A DNA stretch of 51,658 nucleotides from an uncultured Rhizobiaceae bacterium (GTDB lineage: Bacteria > Pseudomonadota > Alphaproteobacteria > UBA828). Both the position numbers and the translations under genes were made by a program. The notes beneath the pieces were generated by a model. That model worked only from the letters and a program-made list of their open reading frames with translations, was not told the DNA's origin and did not search any database. The stretch is from positions 1-51,658 of the forward strand of contig CAYRUX010000255.1 in NCBI GenBank assembly GCA_964427515.1, in the 5' to 3' direction. This document shows, in pieces, positions 30,963-40,891 of the stretch. Numbering within the stretch: position 1 is the first letter of the stretch; every line of letters starts with the position of its first letter.

Positions 30963-32312
30963 TTAAGTTCGCATTTTTGACAGTAATAGTTTGGCTTTAG
31001 CAGCTCTCTCATTGGGCATTATGGGGCCTTCCTTGCCCCCATATAACTTCATCCATATTGAGGACATATACGACTCTGAAAGACTACTCCAAAAATGCCC
31101 CTCAACTCCTGTCAAATCTTTAAACGGTATACCCAAACATTGCTCATTTTCCACACAATAAATAAAATCAGAAATTGCTGCCTCCAGTTCTTCAGGGGTG
31201 TTCTCTAAAACATTATCACTTGAATGAACCACATCCTCCCCATACTTCTGAAACAGTTTTTCTGCTGGAACAATATATCCATCTTCGCCCATCAATACCT
31301 TATAATAAATTACCATATTGTTCCAACCGATATGAAATGGGTATGCATTTATTAGCATACTTGGGATTCCATTTATCGGACCCAACCAAAAACCACCACC
31401 ACACTCGCCAATACAGATGTCACTTTCTGTGGCAGTGAATAAATAAAACAATGATTCAGGAAGGTTTAAGCTCTTTGCATCGACAAACATCCCTTCAAAC
31501 TGCTTGGCAAGATCCGCAGGCAATTGCCTGTCACCAACCAATAATACCTGATATCCCTTTCGATTTAAGGCTTTTACGGCTCTAAGATATGAACTAATTT
31601 CCCCACCAGATCTGAGATAGGCCTCGGGGTAATCTAGTGTTGATCGAAGTCTTAAGTATAAACAACATCGTTTCTGTCTACCACCAGCTGCTTGGGATAA
31701 AGCGCGATCAATACTAGATCTATCTTTCTCCGGCAACCCTACATGTCCCACACTAATGTCACGTAATAATGTAAAATAAGTTGGCACCCACGTATCACTT
31801 GTTGGTCTACCAGCAGGCAGCTTCTCCTTAGGCAATGAACCAAAATATTCCATCTCGGACATAACTTTCTTAGATGGCATAACTAATCGAAGACCCTTTC
31901 CCAATGATCGGAATAATAAATACCGCCATTTAAAGGAGCTTGGAAAAAGTGCTACTGTTCTAGAATTTGGGTCATATGGATGGAATTGCTTTGAACAGGG
32001 TCGCCTAAAAGCGACCTGAATAAAAATTAAATCCACGTCATGCCATATCTTTTTTATGTCTTTATTAAAGGTTCCTGGTATGTATGGGAAAATTATAACA
32101 ATTTTCTCTCCTTTGCGGTGTCGCCTTAAGAGATCTGGGGTAGTAATGGTATAACCAAAACCTCCTTCCGAATGAATTAGTATCAAATCTGCTTGGCAAA
32201 GCTTTTTCCAATTTAGAAATACCGCAAGAATTCCAGCGAAAGATGCCAATCCACTGGTATAAAATACACTAATAATTCTATAACAAACTTTTAAGATAAT
32301 ATTCACAGGCAA
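30963..32312 (-). CDS. Putative glycosyltransferase resembling the TIGR04372 family
   Basis: Motifs CLYLR, R....I.SY..AV..L...GY.V..VGD, G..GG......NGIP....N and ENTPEEL. Family recognised from memory. Confidence 0.6.
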   Translation of the reverse strand: MPVNIILKVCYRIISVFYTSGLASFAGILAVFLNWKKLCQADLILIHSEGGFGYTITTPDLLRRHRKGEKIVIIFPYIPGTFNKDIKKIWHDVDLIFIQVAFRRPCSKQFHPYDPNSRTVALFPSSFKWRYLLFRSLGKGLRLVMPSKKVMSEMEYFGSLPKEKLPAGRPTSDTWVPTYFTLLRDISVGHVGLPEKDRSSIDRALSQAAGGRQKRCCLYLRLRSTLDYPEAYLRSGGEISSYLRAVKALNRKGYQVLLVGDRQLPADLAKQFEGMFVDAKSLNLPESLFYLFTATESDICIGECGGGFWLGPINGIPSMLINAYPFHIGWNNMVIYYKVLMGEDGYIVPAEKLFQKYGEDVVHSSDNVLENTPEELEAAISDFIYCVENEQCLGIPFKDLTGVEGHFWSSLSESYMSSIWMKLYGGKEGPIMPNERAAKAKLLLSKMRT

Positions 32313-32433
32313 AATATCTGGCTAGAATAATTTACAGTTGCTTACAATTATCTTTAATAGGCATAAGTATACAACCGCGAATTTTCATATATTTCTACTA
32401 ATCCTGATATCCTATACCCTTTGTTGCTTTCAC

Positions 32434-34131
32434 TTAAACCGAGATATCTAGTTGTTTCCAATTACAATAATCATCTGAATTAGACTTTATCCAATTTGCA
32501 ATAGCTAATACATCATCAGCTCTTTGTAAGGCTTGGGAGTTCTTGATAGCAAGTCTTGTTTCAAGACTTGCTTTACTATCCTTTTTAAACGAGAACTTAA
32601 CGCTTGAAATCTTTATAGGCCTAACTACAAACGTTCCAAACGCAAACTTTCTCGCTAAATCTTGCTCTTGAGGTGTCAAAGGCTGAACATCTTCAAGATT
32701 CTTAAGTTGATCTAAATAAGCGTCTCTATCATTAAAATCGAGAGTGAAACCACGCCTATCATATCTACCAGTTCCGGCTGTTAATACTGGGATACCCCTA
32801 TATGCAGCCTCTATTCCTATTGTTCCTCGCACGGTCAAGCAATAATCCATAACCGAAAATAAAGAAAGTGTGCTCACATTACTAGAGGCCTCGATTAAAC
32901 AAATATGCTCCGGCATGCCTCCCAAAACTTCTTTCAATACAGTTACTTCAGAATGTTCTGCATTACTTCCATCCCTTGCATCTTTTACGATATTTGCTGG
33001 ATGCACTTTTATTATCCAATTTAAATTTGAATTTTGGTTTGCAATTTTTAAAACCTCCCTGAACCATTGTTCATAATTATCAAATAGGTCTTCGCCCCAA
33101 AAAAACGTTCCATCCCAAAAGATATGCGGGAATATAACAACTGTTCTTTTTTTTTCATCTAATTTTAATCGTTTTATAAGAGTTGGCTTGTCATAAGTAG
33201 ATACATGGAATTGAGTTCCTACCTCTCCATACCATTCCCCACTCATATAACTATCAACCAACTCTCTTTCACTTGTCTCTGCAAATTTATTACACCAATT
33301 TAGTTTCCTAAGCCTATTCCATGTTTCGTCTGAAAGTGAAAGCTGGTGCACGTCAGCATTATGTGACTTAAAACGTTTCATAACAATTAAGCCAGATCGT
33401 TGTGCCATATTCCATGAAAAAACCGGTATATCCCTTGCAATACAAAGGCACGAAAACTCTGCGAAAGGAGTGTACCCGCGGTCTGCCAAAACCAATGCAT
33501 CTGGTTTTAATCTATCTAAGTATTGTTTTGCCAGATCTGTCACTGAGATTGATTTTGCCAAACCTCTTGTTAATGCATGGAGCGCTTTAGCGTCTTTGAA
33601 ATCAAACGCACCCTTTCTCGTACTTCTCATAAGAGTTGCTAAAACATACTTACCACATGGCACCTGATCATATGTGAACTCGAACAACTCTCTTTCATTA
33701 GATGTGCTTGCAATTATATCCGAAGCAATTCGTCTGGCCTTAGCACTGATAGTTGTTGGAAAAGTATGTAAATCATTGAATCCTAGCAAATTATATGTTT
33801 TTCGACTTATGGGTGATCTCGAACCCATTAATGTTGGCTTCATACCTGCATTTTCAAATGCGCTAGCAATAACTCGCTCAACAAGGCTAGTTTGCACATC
33901 AGAAAATCCAAGTATAAGCACAGTTCCAGAAGGAGAATTCTGCTCACGACCTTGAAAGTTATTTCCAATTTGCTTTTTTAAATACTTAAAAGCATTAACT
34001 TCTTTCTCGTAGCGAGCCTTGTAATTCTTATCGCAAACAAATCTTGCTGCGCTAGCTAAGCCAGAAAGAAGGGGGAAAACTTCAATTAACTCGTTCTTCG
34101 CCATAGTTAATGTGTAACGATCAAAAATCAA
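32434..34131 (-). CDS. Capsule polysaccharide biosynthesis protein (Capsule_synth/KpsS-like); candidate ulosonate transferase
   Basis: Motifs HIFWD, IIKVHPA and TVRGTIGIEAA..GIPVLTAG. Lies directly downstream of neuA. Confidence 0.6.
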   Translation of the reverse strand: MIFDRYTLTMAKNELIEVFPLLSGLASAARFVCDKNYKARYEKEVNAFKYLKKQIGNNFQGREQNSPSGTVLILGFSDVQTSLVERVIASAFENAGMKPTLMGSRSPISRKTYNLLGFNDLHTFPTTISAKARRIASDIIASTSNERELFEFTYDQVPCGKYVLATLMRSTRKGAFDFKDAKALHALTRGLAKSISVTDLAKQYLDRLKPDALVLADRGYTPFAEFSCLCIARDIPVFSWNMAQRSGLIVMKRFKSHNADVHQLSLSDETWNRLRKLNWCNKFAETSERELVDSYMSGEWYGEVGTQFHVSTYDKPTLIKRLKLDEKKRTVVIFPHIFWDGTFFWGEDLFDNYEQWFREVLKIANQNSNLNWIIKVHPANIVKDARDGSNAEHSEVTVLKEVLGGMPEHICLIEASSNVSTLSLFSVMDYCLTVRGTIGIEAAYRGIPVLTAGTGRYDRRGFTLDFNDRDAYLDQLKNLEDVQPLTPQEQDLARKFAFGTFVVRPIKISSVKFSFKKDSKASLETRLAIKNSQALQRADDVLAIANWIKSNSDDYCNWKQLDISV

Positions 34132-34180
34132 ACCAACCCCACTCAGATACCTCTACCAAACATACGGTCTAAATCTATAT

Positions 34181-34864
34181 TTACTTTGGTCTATTAACGG
34201 CGTTGGACAATAAAGATTCAGCCAGCCAAAAGTCAAACGCTGTATTTATATCTACCGACTCAAATGGGTCTATGCACATTGACCGTACATTGTTCCCTAA
34301 AATCGAACCAGTCTCTTCTAAGGCATCAATTCGGGTAACATATATCGCGCTGTTTTCTTCGTAAATTGGCGTTCTATCCTGTTGTCGACGTGGGGCATCC
34401 TTAAACAAACGCTGCAACTTTCCTCCCTCACCTTTTTCCCAAAAATCGCCTCTATTTTCAGATACAGACATATAACAATCCACGTCACCTCGCCCTTTAA
34501 TTGCAGTATCAAAAAATATACGTATATTCTTACTGGATCGAAATGGTGACGTTGGAGGCAAGGTCATAATCCATTTACAATCGTGTATATCACCACAACA
34601 TCGTGAGAGAACATCAAACAGCACAGATTCTGTTGAGCTGTCGCCTGCAGCCAACTCCTGAGGTCTATCTACTATTTGAACCCCATAGTCTCGTGAAATC
34701 TTTGCAATTTTCTCATCGTCAGTAGAAACAATTACAGGAGCATCAACACCTGCTTTGAGTACTGCCTCAATGGTATACGCTATCAACGGTTTTCCGCACA
34801 GCTTACGGATATTTTTGTTAGGAAGTCTTTTCGAACCACCTCTAGCAGGAATGACAATAATCAA
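34181..34864 (-). CDS. neuA: Acylneuraminate cytidylyltransferase (CMP-nonulosonate synthetase)
   Basis: Motifs IPARGGSKRLPNKNI, GKPLI, VSTD, RP.ELA, PTSPFR, RRQD and DIN...DF. TTGA overlap with the CBS gene. Confidence 0.93.
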   Translation of the reverse strand: MIIVIPARGGSKRLPNKNIRKLCGKPLIAYTIEAVLKAGVDAPVIVSTDDEKIAKISRDYGVQIVDRPQELAAGDSSTESVLFDVLSRCCGDIHDCKWIMTLPPTSPFRSSKNIRIFFDTAIKGRGDVDCYMSVSENRGDFWEKGEGGKLQRLFKDAPRRQQDRTPIYEENSAIYVTRIDALEETGSILGNNVRSMCIDPFESVDINTAFDFWLAESLLSNAVNRPK

Positions 34865-35238
34865 GATTTTTCCATAAAGAGCTTTGAGGAATTTAATGTG
34901 TCATGCAGCGTCATTACATCTATTAGTTTAAAATCCTTATCGAGGATTGGTATGAGTGCGATACCAAATTCTTTGAAAAGGTCAACCGCTCGTTCTAAAT
35001 CCGGCGAATCTAGATATTTGAAGCTGTAGTTAACAAAATCAGCAAGAGGGGCATGCACCCCAACTCCCTTTAATAATGCTCTCAAAATATCGCCCTCGCT
35101 GATAATTCCCACTACTTTAGTTTCTTTGACCACCACGGCACTTCTACTGCGAGTATGTTCAATAACCTCTGCAGCATCCAATAGCGTTCCGTCTGCCGTC
35201 ACGACATAATCTAACGATTCGAGTGCCATATTAGTCAC
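34861..35238 (-). CDS. Stand-alone CBS-domain pair protein
   Basis: Segments VVGIISEGDILRALL and IPILD.....IDV.T; 125 aa. Confidence 0.8.
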   Translation of the reverse strand: MTNMALESLDYVVTADGTLLDAAEVIEHTRSRSAVVVKETKVVGIISEGDILRALLKGVGVHAPLADFVNYSFKYLDSPDLERAVDLFKEFGIALIPILDKDFKLIDVMTLHDTLNSSKLFMEKS

Positions 35239-35243
35239 CCTTT

Positions 35244-36377
35244 CTAGAGTGTTAGCCTCTTTATTAAAAGTTTCTCGTCAACCACAGTATTTTCAAGCAG
35301 GTCAATTATACGATTTGCCGACTTTCCATCGCCGTAAGGGTTAACGCAATTATGCAAAATATTCTGAAATTCCTCAGAAAGAGCACGTTTTATCCCTTTT
35401 AAAATGTCAGCCTCTTTGAATTCAACGTCAATAACATTTTTTCCACGAATTCGGTCAACCTGACGCCGGCCAACATTCACTGCAGCGATTCTTAAAGTTG
35501 GAGCCTCTAAAATTCCCGAGCTAGAATTACCAACTATACAGGCAGCGCCTGCTAAAAACCCTAGATAATCAGAACGGGATAAATTATCAAACATTAAAGT
35601 TGAATCTGTTCGAAATTTAAATAAAGCTCGCCTAATAGCACCCGCGCCAGCATCATTATTTGGAAGAACCCATATCTTCTGAATATCCAATGCTTCAACC
35701 GCGCGCCCTAAAATCATTGCCTGTTCGAATGCGTTATCCATTTCTTCTGTGACAGGGTGTTGCACAATTAATAAGTAAGGTTGATCGCAGTTAATTGCAT
35801 ATTTTTTTTCCAAATCTTTTCTGCCTAATAATTCATTACTCACTATTTCATCTAGTTGCGGCGCGCCTACATTGTGAATTCTAAATGACTCTTCTCCAAG
35901 ATTTTGCAATCTATAGGCGGCTTCCTCATTAGCTGCAAAATGCATGTGTACAAGCTTTCCAATTGCGTGTCTGCTAACACCATCAATATTCCCTGACCTC
36001 TCTCCTGCTTGGATATGCGCTACAGGAGTATAAGTATAAGCACCAGCTACTGCCCCCATAACTTGCTCGGCTCTGTCACCTGATAACACTAACCATGTTG
36101 GCCTTATTCGATTAAGAGTATCAACAAATGATGAAAGAAATACTCCGAGTGACTTGGTCATAGTGTAATGATTATGTCCCTCCATAGACATAAAAATTTC
36201 ATCCGACACTTTAAAACCTTCTCTCTTTATTTCGTCAATGAGTGTCCCATAAGCGGGCAAAAGCAACATATTGGTCGCACAAATATCATATTCTACATTA
36301 CGTTTTTCACATAATCGTATGATAGGACGAATATAGCCCCACTCACTTCTTGAACCTGTCAAAAAAAGTAGCTTCAT
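35244..36377 (-). CDS. neuC: UDP-N-acetylglucosamine 2-epimerase (hydrolysing), NeuC/LegG family
   Basis: Motifs TGSRSEWG, GDRAE, HIQAGERSGNID, RHAI.KL.H.HF, QHPVT, PNNDAG, GNSSSGILEAP and NPYGDG. Confidence 0.92.
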   Translation of the reverse strand: MKLLFLTGSRSEWGYIRPIIRLCEKRNVEYDICATNMLLLPAYGTLIDEIKREGFKVSDEIFMSMEGHNHYTMTKSLGVFLSSFVDTLNRIRPTWLVLSGDRAEQVMGAVAGAYTYTPVAHIQAGERSGNIDGVSRHAIGKLVHMHFAANEEAAYRLQNLGEESFRIHNVGAPQLDEIVSNELLGRKDLEKKYAINCDQPYLLIVQHPVTEEMDNAFEQAMILGRAVEALDIQKIWVLPNNDAGAGAIRRALFKFRTDSTLMFDNLSRSDYLGFLAGAACIVGNSSSGILEAPTLRIAAVNVGRRQVDRIRGKNVIDVEFKEADILKGIKRALSEEFQNILHNCVNPYGDGKSANRIIDLLENTVVDEKLLIKRLTL

Positions 36378-36379
36378 TC

Positions 36380-37417
36380 TCAGTTTACTACAAAATCATC
36401 CCAGGAAAGCATTGTGTTTTCCTTAATATCACGAGCTGCTTCTTTACCAATTACTGTCTTCATCTCGTGGGAAGGAATTCCGGTACCGGGACGTTTTGAC
36501 CATACCATATCTTCACAAATTAATTCACCACACTGGATATTTCGGGTCGATACTAAGCTTCGAAACGCCCAGCTACGGATAGGCACCTCTAGGCCGTGTA
36601 CTTTTCTCTCACAACCTCTTGCAGACTCAATTTTTCGAACACCATCGACTAACTCTGTAAGATCATCAAAATCTATAGATACTGATTGATCAGGGCCAGG
36701 TTGGTTTTTATCAATTATTACGTGTTTTTCAATAATTTTTGCACCGAGTGTTACAGCAGCATAAGAAGTGAACAAATCAGGTGTGTGATCAGAATGACCA
36801 ATTACTGCTTTAGAAAATCGATCTTGCATGAGGGTAATTACATCTAAATTAATGTCTGTATACGCTGGAGGGTACTCGCTTACACAATTCAGAAGAGATA
36901 TTTGAGAATTCCTAGAAATTACAGCTTCATACGTTCTATCGATTTCTTCCATAGTGCACATACCCGTTGATATAATCATAGGTTTATCAAAGTCTGCTAT
37001 CCTCTCCAATGATGGAATATCTGTCATTTCACCCGAACCAATCTTGTAGGCCGACACCCCCAGAGCAAGCAACTCTTCAGCTGCTGTGAAACTGAATGGT
37101 GTACAGAGGTATAATATCCCTGTCTCCTCACAAAAGGCCTTGAGTTCCCGATGTTGATCCAAAGTAAGTGCATATTTTTTTAAAAACTCATATAACGGCT
37201 CTTCAAAATTATCAGATATTGGAATAACAGGTAACATCTCTTCATCCGGCAAATGGTGTTGGAATTTTATTGCATCTGCCCCCGCTTGGTGCGCTCTAAA
37301 AACCATTTCTCGAGCCACCGATATATCACCCAAATGGTTGTCGCAGCCTTCAGCAATAATAAACGTTGGTTTTCCTTCTCCTATCTCTCGTCCAGAAATT
37401 TTGATAATACCGCCCAT
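36380..37417 (-). CDS. neuB: N-acetylneuraminate (nonulosonate) synthase with C-terminal SAF/AFP-like domain
   Basis: Motifs FIIAEG..NHLGD, GADAIKFQ, CTPF, KIGSGE, ISTGM, C.SEYP, GHSDH, IEKH, GPDQ and KRPGTGI. Confidence 0.93.
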   Translation of the reverse strand: MGGIIKISGREIGEGKPTFIIAEGCDNHLGDISVAREMVFRAHQAGADAIKFQHHLPDEEMLPVIPISDNFEEPLYEFLKKYALTLDQHRELKAFCEETGILYLCTPFSFTAAEELLALGVSAYKIGSGEMTDIPSLERIADFDKPMIISTGMCTMEEIDRTYEAVISRNSQISLLNCVSEYPPAYTDINLDVITLMQDRFSKAVIGHSDHTPDLFTSYAAVTLGAKIIEKHVIIDKNQPGPDQSVSIDFDDLTELVDGVRKIESARGCERKVHGLEVPIRSWAFRSLVSTRNIQCGELICEDMVWSKRPGTGIPSHEMKTVIGKEAARDIKENTMLSWDDFVVN

Positions 37418-37455
37418 CTCAAAAAGTCCTCTCCCAAATGCTCAATAAATGATAG

Positions 37456-38010
37456 CTATATACCCAGTTTAGAAAGCGCTCTAAATGTATAGTTTTCTAC
37501 TGCTTTTGTATCCTCCTCTGCAGCAGCCCAAAAGGGAATAATGCTATCCTCACCTCCAAGAAACGGCCCCGGCTTAGATTCATGATAAATTACAATATCA
37601 CTTACTGGAATTATCGCATGGTACATTCCAATTTCAATTCTATATATATCACCTTTCTCGAGTAGATTAGCATCTATAATAGTCCCATAATCATCAAAAG
37701 CTAGGATACCCAGTTTGCCATCTATAACATGGAAACACTCCCCTTTTTCTTCATGTTTATGAGGAGGATAGTATTTATTTTTGTTTTCAAGCACTACCAT
37801 ATCGTGATGTTTAGATTCTGGCTCACTATGCAAACAAACACGCACGTTACATCCACCTTCTGCTCGAGAAATATCTTTCATTTCTTTAATTAGATTACTC
37901 CCGATATAAACAGGACGCTGCAGGCAAAAAAACGATATAGATTTAGCGGTCATATCCTGAAAAACCTTTTCAGGGTCGGGATTCAAAATTGAAATTGTGG
38001 ATAATTTCAT
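37456..38010 (-). CDS. WbuC-family cupin-fold metalloprotein
   Basis: Motifs RVCLH, HDM, YYPPHKH..K.E.FHVIDG, FDD.G, YH and HESKPGPF. Confidence 0.82.
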   Translation of the reverse strand: MKLSTISILNPDPEKVFQDMTAKSISFFCLQRPVYIGSNLIKEMKDISRAEGGCNVRVCLHSEPESKHHDMVVLENKNKYYPPHKHEEKGECFHVIDGKLGILAFDDYGTIIDANLLEKGDIYRIEIGMYHAIIPVSDIVIYHESKPGPFLGGEDSIIPFWAAAEEDTKAVENYTFRALSKLGI

Positions 38011-38012
38011 CT

Positions 38013-38942
38013 TCAACAACTCACGCCCTTAGTTGCACCCAACCCAAAGGTAGCGAAAGCAAGTTCGCTGCAAAACTCTTTTATCCCACGAGGACAAAAT
38101 ACCACTTCTGACTTAAATTTATCAATTTTCATACTCACGTCTACTGGTCTAGCCTCAGGAAAGTCAAAATCATTTATAAGGCAGGGCTTGGGCTGTAGAT
38201 CAACTTTTCTAAATCTTTGCACTTCTTCCAATAAAGTTATTAAACAATCAAAACGGCTATGGCTCTTTGGCCCTCCCACATGAAATACACCCTGCAACCT
38301 CGACTCAACCGCTTTTAAAAGGGCATCAACGACATCATCAACAAAGATGGGTGAGAAACGTTGATCACTCGCACATTTGTCTAAAGTACCTTGCTTAATC
38401 ACAGGTAGCCAATTTGTGAAAAGGGTTCCATCTCCCACTTCTCCCCCATAAACTTTCGCTAACCTTAATACAGCAAAATCCTTAGCACATTTTTCTAAAT
38501 ACCTTTCTATTATAAGTTTTTGTTTTCCATAAAGAAGTATCGGAGATGCTAAATCCGATTCTACATACTCGCCCTGCTTGCCATCAAAAACAAACTCGCT
38601 AGAAACAAATACAATGCGAATACCCGTTTCCACCAAATCATCAATAACTCTGGTTATTCCGTCCACATTTATAGATTGAGAACGTTTTGGATGCAAAACA
38701 CACGAATTTGGCTCCGTATCACCAAGTAAAAGTATAGCCTGACAATAGGTTTCAAGGTCATTAACTGTTTCCGATAACCTGTCGTTAGTACAATCAAATT
38801 CATACCCACCCTCGAATGGGTGAGTTGCATAAGTAGCGGTATATTCATCGGGCAACAATCGTTTAATTAAATGTTGGCCGATATAGCTAGAGCCACCCAA
38901 GACCAGAAGCTTATCCTCTAACTTTTTATTTTCCATTCGCAC
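38013..38942 (-). CDS. RmlD-like NDP-4-keto-sugar reductase (SDR)
   Basis: Motifs GGSSYIG, SSEFVFDG..G.Y.E.D...P...YGKQK, DQRFSP..VDD, G.FHVGG and RP.D.SM. Confidence 0.82.
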   Translation of the reverse strand: MRMENKKLEDKLLVLGGSSYIGQHLIKRLLPDEYTATYATHPFEGGYEFDCTNDRLSETVNDLETYCQAILLLGDTEPNSCVLHPKRSQSINVDGITRVIDDLVETGIRIVFVSSEFVFDGKQGEYVESDLASPILLYGKQKLIIERYLEKCAKDFAVLRLAKVYGGEVGDGTLFTNWLPVIKQGTLDKCASDQRFSPIFVDDVVDALLKAVESRLQGVFHVGGPKSHSRFDCLITLLEEVQRFRKVDLQPKPCLINDFDFPEARPVDVSMKIDKFKSEVVFCPRGIKEFCSELAFATFGLGATKGVSC

Positions 38943-38960
38943 ATCACCTATTTGACAAAT

Positions 38961-39626
38961 TTATTCAAAATATATAAACCCGTAATCTCCTTTATAACCA
39001 GCCTGCTTAAAACACCAACACCATTCATCGGGAGTAAAAAAGCTTTCACAGGTTAACTGCCAATATAGCAAATTCGCCTTCTCACTTTCATTACGATATG
39101 ATTCTACCATCACGTATTTCTTATATGTTGGGCAAACACGTTGGATCTCTTGAAGAGCGCTTATCGCATCAAAAACATAGAGATTATGAAATGTAGCTAA
39201 TGAGATAGCTATATCAAATGCTCCGTCCTCAAATGGGAGATTGAGTGCATTAGCTACCTGTAACCGATGTTTTATCTCGTTTTTTGCGTTAGCAATGCCA
39301 TATTCTGAGATATCTATCCCCACCACCTCAAGGCCAGGTATTATCTGAGTAAGTTCATATAATAGGTACCCTTTTCCACAACCTACATCTAAGATTCTAT
39401 CACCACTTTTTATATTATAATGACTTGCCATCTTTTCTGCCACAGGTTGCCAGCGACCGTCGTATGAATACCCTCCATAACCGTATTGCCGCTCCCCATC
39501 CCAATAGTCTCGGTCGAATCTTTTTGCAATTGTAGCGCATTCGGCTTTGTTAGCTTCTGTAACACGACCTATATAATCTCGAGGTGTACTACGATGAATT
39601 GTTGTAATAAAGTCAATCAAACCCAT
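38961..39626 (-). CDS. Class I SAM-dependent methyltransferase
   Basis: Motifs YWDG.RQYGYGGY.YDGRW, ILDVGCGKG, GIDISEY, LPFED..FD and HNL. Confidence 0.88.
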   Translation of the reverse strand: MGLIDFITTIHRSTPRDYIGRVTEANKAECATIAKRFDRDYWDGERQYGYGGYSYDGRWQPVAEKMASHYNIKSGDRILDVGCGKGYLLYELTQIIPGLEVVGIDISEYGIANAKNEIKHRLQVANALNLPFEDGAFDIAISLATFHNLYVFDAISALQEIQRVCPTYKKYVMVESYRNESEKANLLYWQLTCESFFTPDEWCWCFKQAGYKGDYGFIYFE

Positions 39627-40042
39627 GATGAGATCTCTTTCGGGCAGTAATCAAGCGCTCTTTGAATACGCCATATAGTTTCAATATCTTGAATCTGTTT
39701 CTGAGATTTTGCTTTTAGATGTTCCAATGCAAAATGCATTTCTGTGTTTGCTAGAATAAAAGAATTGTAAATTCTTACCCTCAAATCTGGATTCGGTGGC
39801 AACATGAATAGTGAATAGCAGATCACTCCTTCCAAGCCTGATAATTCCTTAATAACTTTCTCAAGCATCATGAAGCAATTTGGCATCGCATATTCGGTGG
39901 CACTCAAAAGATAGGTTAAATCATTACGATCCGCATAGTCTCGTATAACAAGATTTTGCACATGTTGGGGAATACGGTCGCCCATAAGGGGGCGACTTGT
40001 TATATAACCCCGAAAGCCATATTTCTTTGCACTAGAAGTCAT
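39617..40042 (-). CDS. Sporadic carbohydrate cluster protein (LIC12192/TIGR04323-like)
   Basis: Segment RGYITSRP..G.RIPQHVQNLVIRDY......YLLSATEY, plus YSLFMLP. The ATG at 40042 overlaps the end of the oxygenase gene. Family recognised from memory. Confidence 0.75.
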   Translation of the reverse strand: MTSSAKKYGFRGYITSRPLMGDRIPQHVQNLVIRDYADRNDLTYLLSATEYAMPNCFMMLEKVIKELSGLEGVICYSLFMLPPNPDLRVRIYNSFILANTEMHFALEHLKAKSQKQIQDIETIWRIQRALDYCPKEISSWV

Positions 40043-40865
40043 CGGGTAACTTATATGATAATCCAATACTAGATGCCGCTCGAAGCGTAATAGGTTCAAA
40101 AAATTCGCCAAGGCGCTTATCTGCATATGGAGTAAAAGCACCTTTAAAACGACAATTCATCGTCCAACGAGTTTCGGTTTCCTGATTCACTCGGTTTCCA
40201 TGCATCAAGTTTTGATTAAAGATTAATACACTACCATAGGGTATATTAATCCAAATAACTTGTGCCTTTACTTCCTCAAACAAATCTTCGCTACTGATAG
40301 TACTACGCTCATTTAATGTTTCCTGAATTGCAGAGTTTATCTTTGGTGGCACAATAAACATCGACTTTGTATCAAAACAATTTACCAGTGGGATCCATAA
40401 CACGACTTCAAAGGGGGAATCACCCGACCACACGTCACAGTGAATGGGCAACAAAGAACTATCATCGCCTGGCAATTGAATACTCATATTGATACGACGC
40501 TGCATAACCAATTCATTGCCAGCAAGGCATTGAATGGCCCAACGCGCGATCCTGAAATATTCAACTCTTACCCATTCCTCACTATTTAATCTATCAATTA
40601 TGTGAAGACGAAAGTTATTAATTTCTTCAATTTTGACATAGTTGCTAATAGAATTTAAAAATGATTCCTCATCCTTTGGTTTATCACAAGCCAACCTATC
40701 GACGCAAAACTCTACTACACTAGAACGAAACTTTGCTAGCGCTCTCGTGTCCTCAGCAGTAAGGATGCAATATCCGTCTTCGATGAATTTTTTCGATAAG
40801 GCGATCTCATCGGCATCTAAAAACTTATTAGTATCTTTCTTACTACTAATATCCAATAACGGCAT
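40032..40865 (-). CDS. Sporadic carbohydrate cluster 2OG-Fe(II) oxygenase (TIGR04324-like)
   Basis: Segment GNELVMQRRINMSIQLPGDDSSLLPIHCDVWSGDSPFEVV.W.P (HxD), then LMHGNRVN and TRW.MNCRFK. Confidence 0.8.
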   Translation of the reverse strand: MPLLDISSKKDTNKFLDADEIALSKKFIEDGYCILTAEDTRALAKFRSSVVEFCVDRLACDKPKDEESFLNSISNYVKIEEINNFRLHIIDRLNSEEWVRVEYFRIARWAIQCLAGNELVMQRRINMSIQLPGDDSSLLPIHCDVWSGDSPFEVVLWIPLVNCFDTKSMFIVPPKINSAIQETLNERSTISSEDLFEEVKAQVIWINIPYGSVLIFNQNLMHGNRVNQETETRWTMNCRFKGAFTPYADKRLGEFFEPITLRAASSIGLSYKLPDDF

Positions 40866-40891
40866 TGCCTAGGTTTCCTTGTTTGCAACGG

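Noticed and set aside
20821-35810. A8/T8-T9 homopolymers (e.g. near 20821, 26306, 29250, 33147, 35802) as phase-variation tracts
   Set aside because: They are short A/T runs, normal for this base composition. The host frames are not shifted and there are no long G/C tracts.
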